Both the position numbers and the translations under genes were made by a program. The notes below the pieces were generated by a model. The model worked only from the letters and a program-made list of their open reading frames with translations, was not told the DNA's origin and ran no database searches. Below, one piece after another: positions 43,867 to 57,200 of a stretch of DNA of 64,000 bases. The stretch spans positions 9,982,001 through 10,046,000 of the forward strand of contig OZ176052.1 in the NCBI GenBank assembly GCA_964247055.1. The letters run 5' to 3'. The DNA is from Paragordius varius (taxonomy: Eukaryota > Animalia > Nematomorpha). Every line of letters begins with the position of its first letter. Position 1 is the stretch's first letter.

Positions 43867-45373
43867 TATGACTATGAAATACATGCAATGTATTCGCGAT
43901 ATTAAAATCAATAAATTTGAGACGAAAAAGTTTGAGATGAGGTTTTTTTCAATTTTACTTTTTTTTAAAAAAAATTATTTGAATCATGGGCTTAATAAAG
44001 AATGCATATTTATAAATCCAAATATCTAATATACTATTTAAAATATTCGTTAAAATTTCTCTGGCCACTATTCAAAAAATGATGAGAGTGTTATCATATA
44101 ATGGCCAAGATTATCATAACCAAACATATGAGTTTACTAAGATCACATAATGATTTAAATACTATAATATTATAGACATATTGGTTCATGACACTTCCCC
44201 AACCAATTGTACAAAGTAAAGACTATATTGTTGAATTTAAACCTGGGGTGCTACATAGTCATGTTTACAAAGAAATTCCATTCAAAACCTTCATTACTGT
44301 ATGGACCCAAATTAAATATTTGCGATATTGATTTTAAATGGGTTAAGGGTTTTTTTCTTTTATTGGTGGTAATAAATATGATGATTTCTTGCAAAATTTA
44401 ATGTTTTTGATTTTATGTTTGGCTAATGCGGTCGATGATACACATATGTCGAAATAACTAGCATGGTAACCATAAATTTATTTTTCCACTCATTGTGATT
44501 CGATATACAATTTTGTCAAAGCATTATTGACCAAGTTGGTGATATATAAATGCATTTTCTGGTTTTTTGCCTTTGCCAATTATGTTTATAGTAAGAGCTG
44601 TGTGTCTATAAATGAAAAATTAACAAGGTATATGTATCAAGGTGTATCAAGAAAAGGGTGTAGCAGACCCACGTCGCCACTGTCCACATAAGACGTCCCT
44701 TGCTGCCCTTCCAAACACCAGTCAATGGTGGTTCAGTGACAGCCGTCTAGTTGCGTCGGGGGTCGGGTTGACTTCTAGGGATATAATGATAAGTTTATAT
44801 AAAGATATGTATGAAATAAAGTGAAGATATATTTGGCATTTACAGGTAAAATAAATCCAATCGACTATATCCTATATATTTATACTAATGTTTAATAGAT
44901 CTAATATTCTTTAAAGTATAACATATGGATATTCTAGCTTAATTCAACCGAATGCATATTTATTATACTGTGACAATATTTATCTTGTTTAATACGATTT
45001 TATAAACCAATAGTTAACTTTTGCTAGTGGTATGTATTTCCGTTTTTAATCCATGTTTTTTTATAGTCTATAAATTCCAGTTGGTATTCATAAAGTGTCT
45101 GATATTTAAATCAATTTTTCTCCTTTTATATGTGAATCTAACATTTATAGACCAATAAATTATATTTTCTTTAATTAATCTCTTAATTAAAACAATTATT
45201 TCCCTTTGTCCTCTTAAGATACCGCATTCGTTATCTTTAATCTATAAATTCCAGTTGTTATTTGCCTTTATAATACATTTAAAATTCCGCATTATAAATC
45301 TTTTTTCCTACTAGCAAATTAACAATAGCAAATGGTTAAAATTTAACATATTTTTAATGACTTTTTTTATATA

Positions 45374-45555
45374 CAGTGGCGTATGCAGTAAAAGATTGTT
45401 AGTGCAAAGTAATCTTAATGAACACAAAACAGGGGGATATTATGGATATGTTTATACATAGGACTGAATGATAATTAATATATGAAAATTGTCCCCCTGT
45501 TTTGTGTTCATTAAGATTACTTTGCACTAACAATCTTTTACTGCATACGCCACTG
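45374..45555. mobile_element. 182-bp MITE with perfect 64-bp terminal inverted repeats
   Basis: CAGTGGCGTATGCAG...ACAGGGGGA (45374-45437) is the exact reverse complement of 45492-45555. Flanked by TA on both sides. Confidence 0.88.
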
Positions 45556-46992
45556 TAAATAATAAATGTGTAAAATCTAACAGTAGCAAATGGTTAAAAT
45601 ATAACAAACTTTTTAATGGCTATTTTTAAAAATAATAAATGTGTAAAATCTAAAGGACATTTAAAATAATGTAAAATATAAAAATGCTTATCTCTAAGTT
45701 ACGCATGGAAGTTCCAAAGGGACTACGTTCTGCTTGGTCGTAGCAACGAAACGAAACTTTCCCCCCGTGCCTGTGTCAATCTTTCCTCCTATGCGACTAC
45801 AGCGACAGGCCCCACAGCGCTCCTATCATTATGCTAAAAAGCAAAGGCATACAAATGGAGAGCCTAAGTGAGTGCATATAGAGTGACACCTTAGACGAAG
45901 CGGTACACATCCCGCTAAGCCACAGGCTATCCGGGAAAGATCGTTACAATCAGCGTCATGCGGTCGTCCAACCAATACTGGCATGCAATACATTCCCTTG
46001 CGTGTTTGTTAAGAATATTTATTTTTAATCATAGTATTACCATTATTATAAAGTTATCTCAATTTAGGCAAAGAATTACAATGACAATGTTCGCAAGTCC
46101 CAGTAAAAACAATTTTCATTCTTTATAACTGGTTGAAGTTTCCAACATTTTGGTAGCGAAAAATCGTGTCGAAATGGACAAAAAAATCACAAGGTATATG
46201 TTTAATCAAACAAGTAAACAAGTAAAGGGTGTAGCGTCGGAAGATCGTCGGCCACCTGCCGTCAAGGCAATCCCTACCCACCCGTAATGCATTGAGCTTC
46301 AGAGCGGGGAAACACATCGGAGATTGGGGTTGACGTTAGTATCTACATACATAAATAAATGCCTTCATGTTAGATGTGTTAATGGGAGTTAGTATAGTTA
46401 ATAAGCTATATATATATATTTTAAAAGAAATGTTAATTTCGCCTTGTTAGGTAGGTAAAAGCAATATTTGAGTTTAAATAACCGTACAAACAGGGTTTGA
46501 TTACTCCAGAAAGTAATATCAAAGGTCTATGTTGGGTCAAATGTAGAGTTAATTTTAAGCTCTTATCTTTGGTGTGGAAGGGGGTCTTTTTTTGCTTCTA
46601 AATGAGTGTGGCTTTTAGGTAGACCAATTTTGGAGATCTTAGACATTACAAGCGTCAACGTTACCCCTTCGTGCGACCATGTTTCAGTTGTACCTTCAAC
46701 TGGGACGCTAACCCGGGATAAGTGGTCGTTGAGCTTGCTCTGAGCTAAGTCTCAAACTCCGACCAACAGAGATGTCGGAGATTGGTAACCAGCCCTGCTC
46801 AAATATCAGCGGCTCCAACATTGCTTTCCAGGACGTCGTCCCACAATAATTGACTAATAGTCTACTCAGAGTCGCGTCTTGCATGCTTTATACATTCAGT
46901 GGTACATTTTGTTCGTGGGATATCTGTGGGAAGCAGTCTATATTCTTAACTAACTGTATAAGTGTTTACCATTAACAGATTTTGTTGTAAAT

Positions 46993-47277
46993 ATTACATC
47001 AATACTAACTGACTTTAACAGAGCGTTGTAAAATAAAAATTTATACCATAATTACATGAATACTAACTGACATTAACAGAGCGTTGTGAAATAAAAATTT
47101 ATACCTTAATTACATCAATACTGACATTAACAAAGCGTTGTAAAATAAAAATTTATACCTTAATTACATGAATACTAACTGACATTAACAGAGCGTTGTA
47201 AAATAAAAATTTATACCTTATTTACATCAATACTAACTGACATTAACAAAGCGTTGTAAAATAAAATTTATACCTTA
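46993..47277. repeat. 58-bp minisatellite, ~5 copies
   Basis: Unit attacat[cg]aatactaactgacattaaca[ga]agcgttgtaaaataaaaatttatacctta, read five times; one copy has a small deletion. Confidence 0.92.
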
Positions 47278-48002
47278 TCCAGCAGTGGGAATTAACCTTA
47301 AAATACTACCGACTTCGCAATAGTACCATTCAATCTGGAGCAAAGTATCCGGTTCAAATAAAAGTTGAATATTGGTAATCAGCCCTCAAATATCAGCGGT
47401 TCCGATGTCATCGTCATATAGCAGGGAAGTTTTGCGTTGGCTTCAAACGGAATAGGATTAGTAACGCTGGTGTGTTTCCTCGTTGTCAAGAGCTTAAAAG
47501 TGATCGAGGTTTTCGGGGTATAATCGTAATCGCGTTCATCAGCCCAGATTCAAGAGCTCAGTTGTCCACAGTTATTGAAGTTTTTTTCGGTAAGTTTAAG
47601 GATTTACAGACATTGTTCGATTCTAGCCTGGAGAGGATATTGCGTCAGCCGGTGCCATACATCCTATGTTTAATCAAATTTGAACTAGTCTATACATGAA
47701 CATTCGATACTTTACAGCAGTGGGTCCCAACTTTTTTTTGCTCACGCTCCAGTGAATTGAAAAAAAATTTTGCGCCCTCCGCCCCCTCCTCCTCCCAAAA
47801 AAGCATAAACTTTATATATTTTAAATATCTAAAATAAACCCATTATCATATAATAAACATTATATTAATTAACATCAATTTAAGGTCGTTTCTCCAAATA
47901 TTTTTATATTTGGATATTAATTTAATATATTAAAGCCAGTATTATGGTTGCTTTCTCTAAATATATTAATATAAGATAGAAATGGTTATTTTTATTTATG
48001 TT

Positions 48003-48200
48003 ATACCATTTCTCAGTCAAAAAACGTTTACCCATTCAATCTAAACGTTTTCCCAATTAATCCCAGTCAATCGAAACATTTTTCCAGTCATTAAAAACAT
48101 TGATGATAAATATTATAACAAGATATAAAAAAATTTTGAATCATTAAGACACATTAATAAGGATATTATTTTTCAAAAACCAATACACAATAATTAACGA
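48003..48200. mobile_element. Single arm of the 33387-34769 foldback family, immediately left of the satellite
   Basis: ataccatttctcagtcaaaaaacg...cccagtcaatcgaaac...gatgataaatat..aacaagatataaaaa matches 33385-33520. Confidence 0.65.
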
Positions 48201-48279
48201 CTATTCATAAACAGTTATGTTTATTTTTTAGATAAGTATTTTTTGGTATTTGGATACTTATCTAAAAAAAATTTAAAAA

Positions 48280-51200
48280 TCTATATATTTATAAAAATGG
48301 AAAAGGCTGGCTTTGTGATCTGGTACAGGAAAACCGGTAGACCCAATCAAATCCAAATATCGAAAAAATATAATCATTAATAAATGTCCCGACAATAGCT
48401 TCGCCCTTTTTTTGAAATAGGCCCCCAGTTCGGGCCCACCCCGTATGAAAAACGGGTTTTTTTTGAAAACATAAGTCCACAAAATCGTGTTTTTGAGACA
48501 ATATTCCGGAGAACGTGTTGGACCATTCAATTTCAAATATGAATTTTGTTTACTTATTTTCGATTGCGCCGAACATAGTCGAGCCACTTTTTTGATTTAG
48601 GCCCTCTTTTTACCCGCTACCCCCGTAAAATGCAATTTTTTTCAAAAAAAAATAAAGTCCACAAAAATATTTTTTTGATTGTATTTTTTTGCCCACGGTA
48701 TGAGACTGTAAAAATTCGAGAAAGATTTTTCGTATTGCCTGTTAAAAGGCAAAAATTTTAGTCAAGCGTTTCTTTGATGATAGATGCTGAGTAAGGAGTA
48801 TCTATCATATGCATAGCATGTTAAAAGATATATGGATATTAATACATTATTTATCCTCATCTATATATTTATAAAAATGGAAAAGGCTGGCTTTGTGATC
48901 TGGTACAGGAAAACCGGTAGACCCAATCAAATCCAAATATCGAAAAAATATAATCATTAATAAATGTCCCGACAATAGCTTCGCCCTTTTTTTGAAATAG
49001 GCCCCCAGTTCGGGCCCACCCCGTATGAAAAACGGGTTTTTTTTGAAAACATAAGTCCACAAAATCGTGTTTTTGAGACAATATTCCGGAGAACGTGTTG
49101 GACCATTCAATTTCAAATATGAATTTTGTTTACTTATTTTCGATTGCGCCGAACATAGTCGAGCCACTTTTTTGATTTAGGCCCTCTTTTTACCCGCTCC
49201 CCCCGTAAAATGCCATTTTTTTCAAAAAACAAAGTCCACAAAAATAATTTTCTAAATCGATTTTTCGCCCTAGGTATGAGACCGTAAAAATTCAATAAAG
49301 ATTCCACGTATTGCCTGTTAAAAGGCAAAAATTTTAGTCCACCGTTTATTTGATGATAGCTGCTGGGTAAGGAGCTACCCGCTAAAAACTGATTTTTCAT
49401 ATAATTTTGTGAACTGTTTCCGGAAAACCGGTGATTCCAATCTCCAAATATCGAAAAAATATAATCATTAATGAATGCCCCGACAATAGCTTCGCCCTTT
49501 TTTGGAATTAGGTCCCCAGTTTGGGCCCACCCCGTGTGAAAAATGGGTTAAGTCAATTTTTTGGAGAACGTGTTGGACCATTCAATTTCAAATATGATTT
49601 TTGTTTACTTATTTTCGATTGCGCCGAACATAGTCGAGTCACTTTTTTGATTTAGGCCCTCTTTTTACCCGCTCCCCCCGTAAAATGCCATTTTTTTCAA
49701 AAAAGTCCACAAAAATATTTTTTTGATTGTATTTTTTTGCCCACGGTATGAGACTGTAAAAATTCGAGAAAGATTTTTCGTTTTGCCTGTTAAAAGGCAA
49801 AAATTTTAGTCAAGCGTTTCTTTGATGATAGATGCTGAGTAAGGAGTATCTATCATATGCATAGCATGTTAAAAGATATATGGATATTAATACATTATTT
49901 ATCCTCATCTATATATTTATAAAAATGGAAAAGGCTGGCTTTGTGATCTGGTACAGGAAAACCGGTAGACCCAATCAAATCCAAATATCGAAAAAATATA
50001 ATCATTAATAAATGTCCCGACAATAGCTTCGCCCTTTTTTTGAAATAGGCCCCCAGTTCGGGCCCACCCCGTATGAAAAACGGGTTTTTTTTGAAAACAG
50101 AAGTCCACAAAATCGTGTTTTTGAGACAATATTCCGGAGAACGTGTTGGACCATTCAATTTCAAATATGAATTTTGTTTACTTATTTTCGATTGCGCCGA
50201 ACATAGTCGAGCCACTTTTTTGATTTTGGCCCTCTTTTTACCCGCTCCCCCCGTAAAATGCCATTTTTTTCAAAAAAAAATAAAGTCCACAAAAATATTT
50301 TTTTGATTGTATTTTTTTGCCCACGGTATGAGACTGTAAAAATTCGAGAAAGATTTTTCGTATTGCCTGTTAAAAGGCAAAAATTTTAGTCAAGCGTTTC
50401 TTTGATGATAGATGCTGAGTAAGGAGTATCTATCATATGCATAGCATGTTAAAAGATATATGGATATTAATACATTATTTATCCTCATCTATATATTTAT
50501 AAAAATGGAAAAGGCTGGCTTTGTGATCTGGTACAGGAAAACCGGTAGACCCAATCAAATCCAAATATCGAAAAAATATAATCATTAATAAATGTCCCGA
50601 CAATAGCTTCGCCCTTTTTTTGAAATAGGCCCCCAGTTCGGGCCCACCCCGTATGAAAAACGGGTTTTTTTTGAAAACATAAGTCCACAAAATCGTGTTT
50701 TTGAGACAATATTCCGGAGAACGTGTTGGACCATTCAATTTCAAATATGAATTTTGTTTACTTATTTTCGATTGCGCCGAACATAGTCGAGCCACTTTTT
50801 TGATTTAGGCCCTCTTTTTACCCGCTACCCCCGTAAAATGCAATTTTTTTCAAAAAAAAATAAAGTCCACAAAAATATTTTTTTGATTGTATTGTTTTGC
50901 CCACGGTATGAGACTGTAAAAATTCGAGAAAGATTTTTCGTATTGCCTGTTAAAAGGCAAAAATTTTAGTCAAGCGTTTCTTTGATGATAGATGCTGAGT
51001 AAGGAGTACTTTTTACCCGCTACCCCCGTAAAATGCCATTTTTTTCAAAAAAAAAACAAAGTCCACAAAAATATTTTTTTGATTGTATTTTTTTGCCCAC
51101 GGTATGAGACTGTAAAAATTCGAGAAAGATTTTTCGTATTGCCTGTTAAAAGGCAAAAATTTTAGTCAAGCGTTTCTTTGATGATAGATGCTGAGTAAGG

Positions 51201-54200
51201 AGTATCTATCATATGCATAGCATGTTAAAAGATATATGGATATCAATACATTATTTATCCTCATCTATATATTTATAAAAATGGAAAAGGCTGGCTTTGT
51301 GATCTGGTACAGGAAAACCGGTAGACCCAATCAAATCCAAATATCGAAAAAATATAATCATTAATAAATGTCCCGACAATAGCTTCGCCCTTTTTTTGAA
51401 ATAGGCCCCCAGTTCGGGCCCACCCCGTATGAAAAACGGGTTTTTTTTGAAAACATAAGTCCACAAAATCGTGTTTTTGAGACAATATTCCGGAGAACGT
51501 GTTGGACCATTCAATTTCAAATATGAATTTTGTTTACTTATTTTCGATTGCGCCGAACATAGTCGAGCCACTTTTTTGATTTAGGCCCTCTTTTTACCCG
51601 CTACCCCCGTAAAATGCAATTTTTTTCAAAAAAAAATAAAGTCCACAAAAATATTTTTTTGATTGTATTTTTTTGCCCACGGTATGAGACTGTAAAAATT
51701 CGAGAAAGATTTTTCGTATTGCCTGTTAAAAGGCAAAAATTTTAGTCCACCGTTTATTTGATGATAGCTGCTGGGTAAGGAGCTACCCGCTAAAAACTGA
51801 TTTTTCATATAATTTTGTGAACTGTTTCCGGAAAACCGGTGATTCCAATCTCCAAATATCGAAAAAATATAATCATTAATGAATGCCCCGACAATAGCTT
51901 CGCCCTTTTTTGGAATTAGGTCCCCAGTTTGGGCCCACCCCGTGTGAAAAATGGGTTAAGTCAATTTTTTGGAGAACGTGTTGGACCATTCAATTTCAAA
52001 TATGATTTTTGTTTACTTATTTTCGATTGCGCCGAACATAGTCGAGTCACTTTTTTGATTTAGGCCCTCTTTTTACCCGCTCCCCCCGTAAAATGCCATT
52101 TTTTTCAAAAAAGTCCACAAAAATATTTTTTTGATTGTATTTTTTTGCCCACGGTATGAGACTGTAAAAATTCGAGAAAGATTTTTCGTTTTGCCTGTTA
52201 AAAGGCAAAAATTTTAGTCAAGCGTTTCTTTGATGATAGATGCTGAGTAAGGAGTATCTATCATATGCATAGCATGTTAAAAGATATATGGATATTAATA
52301 CATTATTTATCCTCATCTATATATTTATAAAAATGGAAAAGGCTGGCTTTGTGATCTGGTACAGGAAAACCGGTAGACCCAATCAAATCCAAATATCGAA
52401 AAAATATAATCATTAATAAATGTCCCGACAATAGCTTCGCCCTTTTTTTGAAATAGGCCCCCAGTTCGGGCCCACCCCGTATGAAAAACGGGTTTTTTTT
52501 GAAAACAGAAGTCCACAAAATCGTGTTTTTGAGACAATATTCCGGAGAACGTGTTGGACCATTCAATTTCAAATATGAATTTTGTTTACTTATTTTCGAT
52601 TGCGCCGAACATAGTCGAGCCACTTTTTTGATTTAGGCCCTCTTTTTACCCGCTCCCCCCGTAAAATGCCATTTTTTTCAAAAAACAAAGTCCACAAAAA
52701 TAATTTTCTAAATCGATTTTTCGCCCTAGGTATGAGACCGTAAAAATTCAATAAAGATTCCACGTATTGCCTGTTAAAAGGCAAAAATTTTAGTCCACCG
52801 TTTATTTGATGATAGCTGCTGGGTAAGGAGCTACCCGCTAAAAACTGATTTTTCATATAATTTTGTGAACTGTTTCCGGAAAACCGGTGATTCCAATCTC
52901 CAAATATCGAAAAAATATAATCATTAATGAATGCCCCGACAATAGCTTCGCCCTTTTTTGGAATTAGGTCCCCAGTTTGGGCCCACCCCGTGTGAAAAAT
53001 GGGTTAAGTCAATTTTTTGGAGAACGTGTTGGACCATTCAATTTCAAATATGATTTTTGTTTACTTATTTTCGATTGCGCCGAACATAGTCGAGTCACTT
53101 TTTTGATTTAGGCCCTCTTTTTACCCGCTCCCCCCGTAAAATGCCATTTTTTTCAAAAAAGTCCACAAAAATATTTTTTTGATTGTATTTTTTTGCCCAC
53201 GGTATGAGACTGTAAAAATTCGAGAAAGATTTTTCGTTTTGCCTGTTAAAAGGCAAAAATTTTAGTCAAGCGTTTCTTTGATGATAGATGCTGAGTAAGG
53301 AGTATCTATCATATGCATAGCATGTTAAAAGATATATGGATATTAATACATTATTTATCCTCATCTATATATTTATAAAAATGGAAAAGGCTGGCTTTGT
53401 GATCTGGTACAGGAAAACCGGTAGACCCAATCAAATCCAAATATCGAAAAAATATAATCATTAATAAATGTCCCGACAATAGCTTCGCCCTTTTTTTGAA
53501 ATAGGCCCCCAGTTCGGGCCCACCCCGTATGAAAAACGGGTTTTTTTTGAAAACATAAGTCCACAAAATCGTGTTTTTGAGACAATATTCCGGAGAACGT
53601 GTTGGACCATTCAATTTCAAATATGAATTTTGTTTACTTATTTTCGATTGCGCCGAACATAGTCGAGCCACTTTTTTGATTTAGGCCCTCTTTTTACCCG
53701 CTACCCCCGTAAAATGCAATTTTTTTCAAAAAAAAATAAAGTCCACAAAAATATTTTTTTGATTGTATTGTTTTGCCCACGGTATGAGACTGTAAAAATT
53801 CGAGAAAGATTTTTCGTATTGCCTGTTAAAAGGCAAAAATTTTAGTCAAGCGTTTCTTTGATGATAGATGCTGAGTAAGGAGTACTTTTTACCCGCTACC
53901 CCCGTAAAATGCCATTTTTTTCAAAAAAAAAACAAAGTCCACAAAAATATTTTTTTGATTGTATTTTTTTGCCCACGGTATGAGACTGTAAAAATTCGAG
54001 AAAGATTTTTCGTATTGCCTGTTAAAAGGCAAAAATTTTAGTCAAGCGTTTCTTTGATGATAGATGCTGAGTAAGGAGTATCTATCATATGCATAGCATG
54101 TTAAAAGATATATGGATATCAATACATTATTTATCCTCATCTATATATTTATAAAAATGGAAAAGGCTGGCTTTGTGATCTGGTACAGGAAAACCGGTAG

Positions 54201-57200
54201 ACCCAATCAAATCCAAATATCGAAAAAATATAATCATTAATAAATGTCCCGACAATAGCTTCGCCCTTTTTTTGAAATAGGCCCCCAGTTCGGGCCCACC
54301 CCGTATGAAAAACGGGTTTTTTTTGAAAACATAAGTCCACAAAATCGTGTTTTTGAGACAATATTCCGGAGAACGTGTTGGACCATTCAATTTCAAATAT
54401 GAATTTTGTTTACTTATTTTCGATTGCGCCGAACATAGTCGAGCCACTTTTTTGATTTAGGCCCTCTTTTTACCCGCTCCCCCCGTAAAATGCCATTTTT
54501 TTCAAAAAACAAAGTCCACAAAAATAATTTTCTAAATCGATTTTTCGCCCTAGGTATGAGACCGTAAAAATTCAATAAAGATTCCACGTATTGCCTGTTA
54601 AAAGGCAAAAATTTTAGTCCACCGTTTATTTGATGATAGCTGCTGGGTAAGGAGCTACCCGCTAAAAACTGATTTTTCATATAATTTTGTGAACTGTTTC
54701 CGGAAAACCGGTGATTCCAATCTCCAAATATCGAAAAAATATAATCATTAATGAATGCCCCGACAATAGCTTCGCCCTTTTTTGGAATTAGGTCCCCAGT
54801 TTGGGCCCACCCCGTGTGAAAAATGGGTTAAGTCAATTTTTTGGAGAACGTGTTGGACCATTCAATTTCAAATATGATTTTTGTTTACTTATTTTCGATT
54901 GCGCCGAACATAGTCGAGTCACTTTTTTGATTTAGGCCCTCTTTTTACCCGCTCCCCCCGTAAAATGCCATTTTTTTCAAAAAAGTCCACAAAAATATTT
55001 TTTTGATTGTATTTTTTTGCCCACGGTATGAGACTGTAAAAATTCGAGAAAGATTTTTCGTTTTGCCTGTTAAAAGGCAAAAATTTTAGTCAAGCGTTTC
55101 TTTGATGATAGATGCTGAGTAAGGAGTATCTATCATATGCATAGCATGTTAAAAGATATATGGATATTAATACATTATTTATCCTCATCTATATATTTAT
55201 AAAAATGGAAAAGGCTGGCTTTGTGATCTGGTACAGGAAAACCGGTAGACCCAATCAAATCCAAATATCGAAAAAATATAATCATTAATAAATGTCCCGA
55301 CAATAGCTTCGCCCTTTTTTTGAAATAGGCCCCCAGTTCGGGCCCACCCCGTATGAAAAACGGGTTTTTTTTGAAAACAGAAGTCCACAAAATCGTGTTT
55401 TTGAGACAATATTCCGGAGAACGTGTTGGACCATTCAATTTCAAATATGAATTTTGTTTACTTATTTTCGATTGCGCCGAACATAGTCGAGCCACTTTTT
55501 TGATTTTGGCCCTCTTTTTACCCGCTCCCCCCGTAAAATGCCATTTTTTTCAAAAAAAAATAAAGTCCACAAAAATATTTTTTTGATTGTATTTTTTTGC
55601 CCACGGTATGAGACTGTAAAAATTCGAGAAAGATTTTTCGTATTGCCTGTTAAAAGGCAAAAATTTTAGTCAAGCGTTTCTTTGATGATAGATGCTGAGT
55701 AAGGAGTATCTATCATATGCATAGCATGTTAAAAGATATATGGATATTAATACATTATTTATCCTCATCTATATATTTATAAAAATGGAAAAGGCTGGCT
55801 TTGTGATCTGGTACAGGAAAACCGGTAGACCCAATCAAATCCAAATATCGAAAAAATATAATCATTAATAAATGTCCCGACAATAGCTTCGCCCTTTTTT
55901 TGAAATAGGCCCCCAGTTCGGGCCCACCCCGTATGAAAAACGGGTTTTTTTTGAAAACATAAGTCCACAAAATCGTGTTTTTGAGACAATATTCCGGAGA
56001 ACGTGTTGGACCATTCAATTTCAAATATGAATTTTGTTTACTTATTTTCGATTGCGCCGAACATAGTCGAGCCACTTTTTTGATTTAGGCCCTCTTTTTA
56101 CCCGCTACCCCCGTAAAATGCAATTTTTTTCAAAAAAAATAAAGTCCACAAAAATATTTTTTTGATTGTATTTTTTTGCCCACGGTATGAGACTGTAAAA
56201 ATTCGAGAAAGATTTTTCGTATTGCCTGTTAAAAGGCAAAAATTTTAGTCAAGCGTTTCTTTGATGATAGATGCTGAGTAAGGAGTACTTTTTACCCGCT
56301 ACCCCCGTAAAATGCCATTTTTTTCAAAAAAAAAACAAAGTCCACAAAAATATTTTTTTGATTGTATTTTTTTGCCCACGGTATGAGACTGTAAAAATTC
56401 GAGAAAGATTTTTCGTATTGCCTGTTAAAAGGCAAAAATTTTAGTCAAGCGTTTCTTTGATGATAGATGCTGAGTAAGGAGTATCTATCATATGCATAGC
56501 ATGTTAAAAGATATATGGATATCAATACATTATTTATCCTCATCTATATATTTATAAAAATAAAGGCTGGCTTTGTGATCTGGTACAGGAAAACCGGTAG
56601 ACCCAATCAAATCCAAATATCGAAAAAATATAATCATTAATAAATGTCCCGACAATAGCTTCGCCCTTTTTTTGAAATAGGCCCCCAGTTCGGGCCCACC
56701 CCGTATGAAAAACGGGTTTTTTTTGAAAACAGAAGTCCACAAAATCGTGTTTTTGAGACAATATTCCGGAGAACGTGTTGGACCATTCAATTTCAAATAT
56801 GAATTTTGTTTACTTATTTTCGATTGCGCCGAACATAGTCGAGCCACTTTTTTGATTTAGGCCCTCTTTTTACCCGCTCCCCCCGTAAAATGCCATTTTT
56901 TTCAAAAAACAAAGTCCACAAAAATAATTTTCTAAATCGATTTTTCGCCCTAGGTATGAGACCGTAAAAATTCAATAAAGATTCCACGTATTGCCTGTTA
57001 AAAGGCAAAAATTTTAGTCCACCGTTTATTTGATGATAGCTGCTGGGTAAGGAGCTACCCGCTAAAAACTGATTTTTCATATAATTTTGTGAACTGTTTC
57101 CGGAAAACCGGTGATTCCAATCTCCAAATATCGAAAAAATATAATCATTAATGAATGCCCCGACAATAGCTTCGCCCTTTTTTGGAATTAGGTCCCCAGT

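Noticed and set aside
41220-44620. Possible unannotated exons (e.g. plus MKNTTSFSIFIFSLLMGIL|GTATGT at ~43208; minus GTKIDGYVGRILKQYKHKELI at ~41850; minus SHNEWDLEPVIQTM at ~41260)
   Set aside because: I could not join them into a consistent reading frame or match a protein family. Unresolved; needs RNA-seq with short-intron-tolerant mapping.
47485-47545. Hammerhead ribozyme core (minus strand CTGATGA...GAAA)
   Set aside because: The intervening sequence does not form a convincing stem II, and no flanking stems I and III were found.
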